NCBI GenBank assembly: GCA_030264375.1
Contig: JASCQW010000168.1
Location: forward strand, 12,622,197 to 12,686,196
DNA length: 64,000 bases
Reading direction: 5' to 3'
DNA from: Carcharhinus longimanus
Taxonomy: Eukaryota
Shown: positions 53,431 to 64,000 of the stretch, piece after piece
How the letters are laid out: the number at the start of each line of letters is the position of its first letter
Numbering within the stretch: position 1 is the stretch's first letter
The notes under the pieces: model-generated
Seen by the model: only the letters and a program-made list of their open reading frames with translations
Databases searched by the model: none
Told to the model about the DNA's origin: nothing
Made by a program: the position numbers and the translations under genes

Positions 53431-54466
53431 TGCATTTTACTTGGGATGGACTGCTTGTCCCCGAGAAGGAATGTTGGCCAGAGGCCACCATGACCAAAAC
53501 AAGCTAACCCCGCAACCATAGCACACTGTGGGTGGCCGACATTGGTTGAGTGGGATTTTCGCCCTTCAGTAAAAGTCTGGCCCTCAGTAGCTGATGGTTA
53601 ATCTGATTGACTGATAGCTCAAGCAGTGCCAAAGGTCAGTGATAAGCACTGCTGGAACTGCAGGAAGGAGGACAAAAATGATCATGGCTTTCCCAGAATG
53701 GTGACTTCCGGGGTTTCAGCGCAGGGAGGTATTCTGGAATGCAGGGAGGGCTGGGTTTTGGAGGCTGTGTGGTGCAGAAGCCATCTTAAAGGGGGTGTCC
53801 TCAATGTGCAGAGAGGATCCCTTGAATGAAGTTCCCCCCTTATCTTCCCAATCTTATTCACATAGGCCATAAAGAAAAGGGTTTGCCCATTTCAGTCCAC
53901 CTGTCTATGCCAGCCTCATTGTTACTTGGATAGCATATTATCCAGGTCAATAAACTTGCTAACAAGCCTAATTGGGCTTTTATTATTTATTTACATATGG
54001 TAGAAGGGCTACCAATTTAAGCACCCACCCACCTTATTATGGCGCAATCAGCTCAGGGTCACGCCATAAAACATGTCATTAAACTGAGTTCCCTTGTTCT
54101 ACATTCCCCTGTGAGAGGGGATATCCACTGACCACTCAGAATCTTAGATGTTAAAATAAGATTGTGTCTCTTTGTTCTGAACTCCAATGAGTGTAGGCCC
54201 AACCTGCTCAGCCCTTCCTCTTGGGACAATCTCTCTTCCTCATGTTCTTTTACTGTGTAACTACACATGCTTTCATTCAATAAATTTTCAACAAAATAGT
54301 GAAATCCATTGCTGAATTAAGCAGAAACCAAGACAGCCACGTGAAAATGGGCACAATGCATTCAAGTGAAGACATACATTCAAGTGTTTACATGATCACA
54401 AGTACTGGAAGTAACTTCTGACCCTGGATTTGAGGCTGAATCAGAGCGCTCAAACCATTAGTATTA

Positions 54467-54748
<282 letters not shown>

Positions 54749-55189
54749 CTAGGAAACAGAGATCTCTATTAATGACAAACAGACAAGTTCATTCAGGTGT
54801 GTAAAAATTAATCACAGAAGAATTAAATGCCAGCACGTCTGTGCCAGACTTGAGCTTTACTCCTTGAAAATGCAAGGGGCTGGTTATTTCACTTTTATTG
54901 TACCCTGTACATATTTTTAAAAATAGATACGCGTAAGCAAGGGTAGCTGCCTTATGTTTCCCTCCTGATTTGCCCCATTCTATCCACGTGACTGCTAAGA
55001 CCTTTGATCAAGTGTTGTTTCCACGAACAGGAGGGCTGGTAAGCAGAGGACACACATTCAAGATAATTGATGAGCCAACCAGGGCGAGATAAGGATAAAG
55101 CTTCCCCTAAATCATGATGATTTGGAACATATGAAGAACAATGGCAGAATATCAATGATTGAATACCAACTCCCAAAGGTGAATAGGAT

Positions 55190-55842
55190 CATAGAATCCC
55201 TAAAGTGCAGAAGGAGGCCGTTCGGCCCATCGAGTTTGCACCTACAACANNNNNNNNNNNNNNNNNNNNNNNNNNNNNNNNNNNNNNNNNNNNNNNNNNN
55301 NNNNNNNNNNNNNNNNNNNNNNNNNNNNNNNNNNNNNNNNNNNNNNNNNNNNNNNNNNNNNNNNNNNNNNNNNNNNNNNNNNNNNNNNNNNNNNNNNNNN
55401 NNNNNNNNNNNNNNNNNNNNNNNNNNNNNNNNNNNNNNNNNNNNNNNNNNNNNNNNNNNNNNNNNNNNNNNNNNNNNNNNNNNNNNNNNNNNNNNNNNNN
55501 NNNNNNNNNNNNNNNNNNNNNNNNNNNNNNNNNNNNNNNNNNNNNNNNNNNNNNNNNNNNNNNNNNNNNNNNNNNNNNNNNNNNNNNNNNNNNNNNNNNN
55601 NNNNNNNNNNNNNNNNNNNNNNNNNNNNNNNNNNNNNNNNNNNNNNNNNNNNNNNNNNNNNNNNNNNNNNNNNNNNNNNNNNNNNNNNNNNNNNNNNNNN
55701 NNNNNNNNNNNNNNNNNNNNNNNNNNNNNNNNNNNNNNNNNNNNNNNNNNNNNNNNNNNNNNNNNNNNNNNNNNNNNNNNNNNNNNNNNNNNNNNNNCCC
55801 TGTCATTGTGAGGCAGTAGTGCTAACCACTGTGCCACCATGC
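55190..55842 (-). mobile_element. HE1-like SINE ends flanking a 549-N gap
   Basis: Tail catagaatccctaaagtgcagaaggaggcc left of the gap; head gtgaggcagtagtgctaaccactgtgccacc right of it. Confidence 0.75.
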
Positions 55843-56874
55843 CAAATACTTAAAGATGAAAGATAGCAGGGGGTAAGGGGAAAGAGCAGAAGAGTGGGAC
55901 TAACTGGATGACTCTTCTAAAGAACTGGCACAGGCAAGATGGGCCAAATGGCCTCCTTTCATGCTTCAAATTTCTATAATTCTAAGCAACTGAAATTCGA
56001 GTAGGTGTTGAGAGAGAAAAATGGCTTTACGGCTGCAAAGTCAGTTATACCGATTGTAAAACAGGACAGCAACAGGATGGGTGCAGCTTGCAGTATTTCA
56101 GACAGATAAACCTGCTAGCAATTCCTTATGATTTAACTCTTTACACTGCTAGGCATCCTTCACGGACTTCAGAATCCACTTCCTCCTGTCATATGGTATT
56201 ATCTGCAAAGCCAATTTGCTATTCATTTCCAAAGATGAACATAGTTAAATTGGAGAGACACATGGAGCTGTATTCCTGTTAATTGACAGTGCCTTTTCAG
56301 ACAGACTGAAAATTTCTAAAATGAGACAGAATTACCAACACAGCTACCACAGGGTTAATCCGATCACATAAAAGCAAATAGCAGCATTCACATAAAATGG
56401 CCCGGGCAGGATCAGGTTTATCAGCTTGTTGTCCTAATGAAAATAATGAAAGTTCTTCATTCTGAAATTAATTAGCACTTGTAAACTTCAATTGTCAGAA
56501 AGATAACAGTCCAGGTCTTCTGCGCTTGAGACAGGAGCTGCTCCAATCTGGACAGTGTTGTGGAAATGAAACATATATGAGAATGGCTGAGCTCAAACCG
56601 GAATACCTTCAGGTATTTAAGCATTGGGAGTTTTGCAAAAGCGGGTTAAATACAAGTTTCAACTCCAGGCTGGTGTGAAATTCATTACAGGGAGTGAGCA
56701 ATAGCATAGACAAAACTTCTCCTTCTCCAGCTCTTGCAGCCTATCATCCATGTTCCACATCACTGGGGACTTGGAGCTGGTTGCATGGATTTGATGCATC
56801 AAAAATTGTCTTCCTTACCACACTTCAGCTAGCATTGAATTTGGGAAGATAATCATTTCTTTCATTATGTAAGG

Positions 56875-57330
56875 ACATAGGAAGAGAGGACTTAGAAGCC
56901 ATTCAGTCCTTTGAACCTGCTCTGCCATTCAATGAGATTATGGCTGATCTCACATGTCCTGTCAGCACCTCCAAAATCCTCAACTCCCTTCTCCATCAAA
57001 AATGCTAACTCTCTCTTAAATAAATTCAATGACCCAGCCTCCACTGATTTCTGCAGAAGAGAATTCCAGATAAAAAAATTACCCTCAGAGAAAATAACTC
57101 TCCTCTATCTTAAACAGGAGACCTCTTATTCCTACAATATGTCCCCTAGTTCTAGTCTCTCCAAAACAAGGAAACCACCTCCTGGTACCCATTCTATCAA
57201 ATTCTCTTAGGATTTAATCTGTTTTAGTAAGATCACATCTCATTCTTCTAACCTCTGATGATTGTCGGCCCAATCTGTTTAACCTTTCCTCCTATGATAA
57301 GCTCCTTATCTCGAGAATGAGTTAAGGGAT
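56875..57330 (-). mobile_element. CR1-like LINE 3' fragment
   Basis: gccattcagtcctttgaacctgctctgccattcaatgagattatggctgatct..aaattcaatgacccagcctccac..tcattcttcta. Confidence 0.7.
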
Positions 57331-57879
57331 CATTCAACCTATGTAGAGCCATAGGTATTGAACAGCTATTGTTGGATGTAAGCTAAAAGAAAAGTGGCAG
57401 AGCACGAAGAAAAGGGGGCATGTCTGCTCTCTGTCTGACTCCAAAAATCTAAGTAGGCTAAAATAACTGGGATTTCATCCTTAACGAAAAGGATTTTCAA
57501 TATGTTGCCTAATTTGAGACACTATTATTTTGGGATGCCAGCTTCTAAGCACTCTGAGCCAACTCTCTGTTAGCCTGGCTGATTACAGCGCAAGCAGAGG
57601 TCAACCAAAGGCAAGGTTCTCTCATCATCAACCTATACGTTCTTTGATTCTATTATCTTATTATTCGACCCTTGTTCCATTGAGTTACTGAGAAAAATAC
57701 TTTAAACCTGGAATAGTTATACAACAATGGTAATAGCAGGGAGCAGCAAAATGTCAGAAAGCCTTGGACTCAGAGCTTTCCAACTTAGGCTGGCTAAAGG
57801 AATATGTAGTGGTATGCAGGCAACAGAACTGTAAGTGCAAATTATGTTTTGGCTCTCTTTGATTTGTTTTTTAAAAGCG

Positions 57880-58200
57880 TATTTGACAGGGTAGATACCG
57901 AGAAGCTGTTTCTTCTCAAACCAGGGGTCAAATTCTCAGGATAAGGGGTGGGCAATTAAAGACTGAGATTAGGAAAAACATCTTCAAAGGATTGTGAATC
58001 TTTGGTCTTCTCTATCCCAGAGGGCTGTGAATACTCAGTTGTCGAATATATTCATGATGGAGATTGATGGAGTTTTGGACAGCAATAGAGACATAATGAT
58101 AGGATGGGAAAGTGGGTTTGAGATAGAAAATCAGCCCTGATTGTACTAAGGGAGAACCAGGCTTGAGGGGCCACCTTGCTTATTCCTGGTCCTATTTCAC
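57880..58200 (+). mobile_element. CR1-like LINE 3' fragment, inverted relative to 56875-57330
   Basis: ttgacagggtagata..ggattgtgaatctttgg..tcccagagggctgtga..aatatattca..gagattgat..tcctggtcctatttc. Confidence 0.7.
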
Positions 58201-59639
58201 GGAGCAGTCACTCCATTTCTTAGCAATCATAGTGTTTTAATTTAAACGTAGCTTAACTTAGATAGCATGAATGTGCAACATATTTATTAAAGTGTAACTT
58301 CCTTTTTGCAAAATTGCCTATTATGTGGCACTTGTATTGAATTTGCCTGGTAACCTACGAATAAAGTAACCTGTCCTGATTATACTCTTTCCTATCGCGC
58401 CCAATAATCAGCGCCGTAATCCTACCACCCTGCCCGCCATGGAATCGGAGCGGGCGAGGGGTGGACAACGGACATGTCTGTTGACCTCGGGAAATTTCCG
58501 CTCTCGCTCAAGTGACAGAACACTAACGCTTAGACACACTGCTGCTTGGAACAAAAAAGCTCACCAACCACTTCAGTTCATTCCCTTAAGTCCTTTTAAT
58601 TCAATTGATTGACCAATCTCTAGGAGGAAAGCCTCCAAAACTCTGACTAACAGAGAGAGACAAGCAAACTCCACATTCATTCCCTTACCTGGGTTAAGTC
58701 AGGCAGCAGTGGGTAAAATACAAATTTATAGTTGCGTCTCTGAGCCAAGGAAGGGAAAAGAGTGACCTATTTCAGTTAAAATGGTTAATCCCTCCACTAA
58801 AAGAGCAGGCGAAAGAATGCCATACGAGCGCACTCGCCATTTTCTCCATTGACAATACCAACAGTCATTTCTGGCCTGATTTTTACTCACAAAGTACGTG
58901 TGGAGGCAACATGATCAGGGTTGTAACAGTCCCCTGATCAAACAGCCCACTGATATTCATTGTCCAAGCTCAGTGACATAACCATCTATGTCAGTTACTG
59001 CAATTGCAGAATGATCCACTGAATGCAGCCCAACAAACCATTGCCTTTGGAGAGAGAGAAGGGGAGAGAAAGAAAATCACAAGCATTTTGAATGACAAGC
59101 AATTGTGATAACAAAAGTCCACAGATTAATATAAATAAAGAACAGAATTGCGACCCTATTCACTACAAAGCTATAATTTCCTTCTTACTTTGTCCTATTT
59201 GGCAAACTGTAATCAAAAAATCATTTTTAAAACAATTTGTGATAGATTACATGTTATACAATGAATAAAAGATCAGTGCTCAAAGGGACAGCAGAAATCC
59301 AATAAGGTGATTAATGGTTGGATATCAACAATACCACAGCAGGGAACAGATTGCTACCATAGTTCAGCTCATGGCACCCATGCCATTCTGTTTATATCAA
59401 ACTATTTTCAGGCTACATTACCTTCAATGATGCCACGCATCACCTGCATTTGTGGTAAGTTCCCCGATATTAATACTTTTGTTTTGACAGTTTGAATAAA
59501 CTATTTGTCTTTTTAAAATTATTATTCACTTGTCCCTCTAGTGACATTCATGATGATGCAACTTTGGTGCATCAGTGAACAGCCGATCACTGAACACTGC
59601 CAACAGTATTCGTAACATTTAAATCATCGATCTACGACT

Positions 59640-59962
59640 CATAGAATTATAGAATCCCTACAGAGCAAAAAGGGGCCAAGGAGCCAAGGAGCCTATTGAG
59701 TCTGTACTGACTCTCTGAAAAAGCATTTTACCCAGGCCCACCCCGCACCCTATCCCTGTAACTCATAAGCCCCCTAACCTACACATTTGTGGGCACTAAT
59801 GAGCAATTTAGCATGGTCAATCTATCTAACCTGCAAATCTTTGGATCATGGGAGGAAGTTGAGGAGAATGTGCAAACTCCATACTTCACTCAAGGCCGGA
59901 ATTGAACCCAGGTCCCTTGTGAATGAGGCGGCAATGCTAATCATTGTGCCTTCGTGCCACCC
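59640..59962 (-). mobile_element. HE1-like SINE
   Basis: atagaattatagaatccctacag..gcaatttagcatgg..tgtgcaaactcca..ggaattgaacccaggtccc..gaggcggcaatgcta. Confidence 0.85.
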
Positions 59963-60477
59963 TTATGCACTGATGAAGAACAATAGGTAAAGGCATTCTC
60001 TATTGTGCAATAGATCTATATACATCAAGTTGGTCACAAGTACAAATCTCTGGCCTACGGCAAGTTTGCTGATCTCGATTATAGTTGTGGTAAAGAGATA
60101 ATTCCCTGTTTGTGTTTAGGAATAAGCTCATTTAGTGACACTCGACAGCTGAAAACATGTGGATGTTAAATGGGAAGAAGACTGAATGATTCTCTTTAAA
60201 TCTGAATGTATCTCCAATGCTAGCTAATGAATAGGCACTTGGATGCAGTGCTAAAGAACTCCACACAGCCATCAAGCTGTGCCACAATGCAAGCCAATAA
60301 TTCAGAGAGAAAGATATTGATATACAAATGAAAACTTGACACATATGATAGCACAATGGAGCCTGCTGGGGAGTTTGCAGATCACTTCAGGTGTGTCTGA
60401 CGTACCAGGACCTCCACTACATCAACTCCAAATACCCCTGACTGACAGCAGATTCCAGGCAGCCTGCCTCTGACTTT

Positions 60478-60846
60478 CTTCTTCATTCATGGGATGTGGG
60501 TATCGCTGGCTGGCCAGCATTTATTGCCTGTCCCTAGTTGCCCTTGAAACTGAGTGGCTTACTGGGTCATTTCAGAGCACAGTTAAGAGTTAATAACATT
60601 GCTGTGGCTCTGGAGTCACCTGTTGGCCAGACCAGGCAAGATTTCCTTCCCTAAAGGAAGGAACCAGATGGGTTTTTCTGACAATCGACAATGGTTTCAT
60701 AGTCATTAGTAGATTCTTAATCCAGATTTAATTTATTGAAATCAAATTCCATCACCTGCTATGGTGGGATTCGAACCCAGGTCCCCAGAATATTAGCTGA
60801 GTTTCTGATTAATACTCTAGTGATAATACTACTAGGCCATCGCCTA
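60478..60846 (-). mobile_element. Full-length copy of the second tRNA-SINE family
   Basis: Minus-strand head ggcgatggcctagtagta (A box) and ggttcgaatcc (B box); tail ggcaataaatgctggccagccagcgatacccacatcccatgaatgaa. Confidence 0.85.
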
Positions 60847-62473
60847 CCCAGACTGATCGCTGATGCCCTGCAGCAGCCTGTCCTTGTGGGAATGCTCCAT
60901 GATCACCATCCTCAACAGTGCTGATTTTTTCCCAGCATTTTCTGCATGGAAATTTCAAGTCAGCTTAAAAAAAAAAATCAGGCAATTGCCTACGATAGAC
61001 AGATCATTGGGTGGAGCTCTACCATCTCGCTCCGCACGGAATCAGCGTGGGCGAGGGTCTGACAACGGAATTCTCCATTGACCCCGGGCAGGAATTTCCG
61101 GTCTCGCCCGAGCAAGGCTGTAGAATCTCGACCATTGGCTGGAATTGTTTCACTTCCTGAAACATGTGCTGAGGTGTCCAGAGTGAAATTTTTACCCAAA
61201 CGAGTTTTGTGCTGTTTTGACATGCTGAATCATAGGGAGAGGAGGAAAAATAATGAAGCCAATTGTTCCACTGGCATTCCTGTATCAGTTTGATTTCAAA
61301 GACTTCAGTGTTATGCTTATAATTTTCCTTTGGCAAATTTAAATAATATAACTACTTTCATTGCTGCAAAAAAAAAGTAAAGACATGTGGGGATAGATAG
61401 ACGGTGCCCTTTCTCAGTTTTCTCTTGCGCTGAAAATCATTCGACTGTTCCAGAATAAGGAGAAAGCCATAAGGGGCACTTGGAACAGAGAAGTACTGGA
61501 ACGGAATGATAACATAACTGCAAGAATTCATTATTCACAGATGAGAACACATCAGTGTTATAAAGTGTGTCACGGCTGACAGTGAGACAGAATAAAAATC
61601 TCCACTTGTGAGGCCGCTCAGAGCTCACTCGTGGTTTCACCACTTGCGAGATGGGTTCACACGTTGAGACATTTATCACATCACATGGCTGGCCAAGATC
61701 CTAGGTATCTGCTCAGATATGCTACGGGGTGAAAGTGCATCGGGTACACCACTACCCTGTGACTGTTGCTCTTTCTCCGCGTTGGGACTGCCTGTCAAAC
61801 AGGCTCTGAAGCTGGTCTCTGTGAAGAAATCAGATCTCCAGCAGAGACTGTGCAGGTTAGCATGTATTCAAAGCAGGACTGCCACATTACTGCAAATCAG
61901 CACAGTGATTTTACAAATGAGAAGTGGCATTTATGCAATCAATGAATGCAGCATCATTTTGAGGACCGGCTGCTGATAGACAACCAGGCATCTAAATGCA
62001 GAAATACACACCTCTGATTGTTGGCCTGATTGCAATTAAATAGAAAATATGCAGTNNNNNNNNNNNNNNNNNNNNNNNNNNNNNNNNNNNNNNNNNNNNN
62101 NNNNNNNNNNNNNNNNNNNNNNNNNNNNNNNNNNNNNNNGCCCATGTTGTTTCAGTGCCTCAAACTGAGCACGGTCAGCATCGTTCGCAAGACGTGAACT
62201 TGTTGCCAATGAAGCAGAGTCTGATTCATCACACTGATAAGTCAGTTAAAATCAGCAAACAATAGGTTTGATCAGGTGACAGTGGATCTTAATGAGGGTC
62301 AGGGCTGTTGGTGGCAGTTTATAAAACAACATGTCACTTTTGCTCTTTGAAGACATTGAAAAGCACAGCGTATATGGTTGTCAGATCCCACTAAATGAAA
62401 TGTCGGTTACAAGTAATTGCAGAGTCATGTCACCTTGCGCCATCCAAGGTCACTGCCAGTTTGTGATACCCAC

Positions 62474-62597
62474 CAGAATGACCTTCTCCATTTCTTTGGC
62501 TGGACACCAGTGAAACATCCCAGTGGAATCATATTTCTTCACGCTGGCGTCCATTTCCTCTATCTGATCATTTCCTGGAATTGACAAGGGGTCATGC
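62474..62597 (-). CDS. KCNMA1: BK channel alpha subunit coding exon (RCK1-RCK2 linker), 124 nt: (R)[41 protein letters not shown]
   Basis: Manual translation of the minus strand matches the Slo1 motif HDPLxIPGNDQI...[12 protein letters not shown]; acceptor tctctgcag|GCAT, donor CTG|gtgggt; phase 2 to phase 0. Not in the supplied ORF track. Confidence 0.96.
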
Positions 62598-64000
62598 CTG
62601 CAGAGACAAGGGAATCAAGGCAAAGAGTTGTCTATCAGCCTGACACCTCACTCAATCTGCTTTGACCAGTTGACAAGTTACTGCTGGCCAGGAACACATT
62701 TAGTGGACGCGAGTGGTTTAATTTACAAGCAATCGCGTTACTGCAGTACTTACTCTAGCCAGCCACACCCTCCCTGCCACCCACCCCGCTCCCCCCCGAA
62801 AAAAAAACCTGATCAAAAGGCAGACATTAACTGCTGCAATGAGGTGAAATAGATAGAGACAGAGCTTCACGCTGGCTGAGTGGCATGAAGATGAAAAGCC
62901 AATTACAGGCTTTTACCGCATACAACTTCCGATGCTGTTCTCTGTGCAATAAAAGCTTTAACAGGGTACACTTGATATATTTTAGCAATTTTACCCCCAT
63001 CATATTTTGCTTTTTTGAAAACTGGAAGCCATTAAAGTTTCAGAGGATGTCAGCTCGGAGCAGATTGATTAATTTACATCTACATTGCGAGCAGATGATT
63101 TTTCTCCAGAAGAACACTGAGTATAAAAGTGGTCCTCAGCAGCTGCCACCTGGCCATCAACGCCTGCACTTCTAACATTTCACTGCATTCTGCACATCCA
63201 TCATTCACTAGCAGCTGTCATCCCAAGTCTCTGTCTTGAATAGTCAGCAATAGAGCTTTAAAAACCCCTTTTCATTCTGACCTTAGCTGAAACTCTACCA
63301 GAATTCCCATTACTTCAAATTCCATCTCTTAAGGGGTAATTACACCTGCGACATACCTTTCTTCAAACTACATCAGTTGCACTTAAGACAAAATTTTCAA
63401 TGCACATGGCAACCCTGCTCAGACACCTGAAATGAGATTATTTTCAATTCTAAAGCTGTAAATTTTATAAGTCAGCTGCTATACTTATTAATAAATGAAA
63501 CACTGGACAAAGGCTAGAGTATATATTTGCATGTGTGCAAGTGGACTTCAACAATTCTGTCTCTTAAATGTGTAGTGAGGATTCAATAAATGCAAAAAGG
63601 GCTAGCTGTTTAACCCTTTCACCTGGAGAGGTTCACACTGTGAGTCCTTTATTGACCCTGGAGTTGTTGTGTGTAATGTACTGTTTGTACTGCAGACCTC
63701 TCTTGTGTAATGCAGTGTTCAGTGCTGATAGCTCCCCAGTGTAATGCGATGCTTCATATAGTCTGAGGTGAGCACTGTAGACATTCGAGAACATTTACTA
63801 CATGGAATTAATTAGACAGTGGGTGAAAGTACCTTTGCAGAAGTACAGGGTTGAGACTGTCCGTTCATCATAGCTTCAATGGGTTAAAAGTGAAAGCTTA
63901 GAGTTAAATTTCAGTTGCTCTGTGTGGATTTAAATTAACCTGCTTTGAAAGGGCAACTTACTCATTAAAAAAAAGGCTTTATTCTGGCTCTGTTTAATTT

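Noticed and set aside
55112-55840. ORFs of 200-240 aa
   Set aside because: Made almost entirely of X from the 549-N gap.
61437-61830. CpG-richer stretch with Cys/Arg-containing ORFs, considered as the STREX exon or another cassette
   Set aside because: STREX lies upstream of the HDPL exon, so beyond 64000. Reading from the weak acceptor at 61791 hits a stop (AVPTRRK...WPAM*) and there is no good donor.
62450-62473. Read-through extension of the KVIL exon, as in a reported human variant
   Set aside because: The intron reads VGITNWQ-stop within 8 codons.

Overview
Eukaryotic genomic DNA, almost certainly from a shark or other elasmobranch, judging by the many HE1/V-SINE-type tRNA SINEs and CR1/L2 LINE debris. 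The whole window lies inside one large minus-strand gene, the BK (Slo1/KCNMA1-type) calcium-activated potassium channel alpha subunit. Seven coding exons of the cytoplasmic tail (RCK1-RCK2 linker, RCK2, calcium bowl) can be reconstructed with canonical GT-AG sites and consistent phases; one is an 84-nt alternative cassette exon equivalent to the 27/28-aa 'Slo27/Ca27' insert. The gene starts above position 64000 and ends below position 1. Introns are filled with SINEs, LINE 3' fragments, MITE-like elements, a decayed Gypsy integrase and Penelope-like ends. Best observations: (1) the cassette exon is visibly a tandem duplicate of the 3' end of the preceding exon; (2) a TSD-flanked Penelope-like fold-back element with two decayed hammerhead ribozyme cores; (3) a 100-N gap inside an exon that is really 0 bp; (4) SINE/LINE tail sharing and tail swapping; (5) a 162-bp local copy inserted into an LTR-like element. 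I found no convincing evidence for a wholly new multi-gene system. Repeat boundaries are approximate and family names come from recalled consensus features, not a database search.
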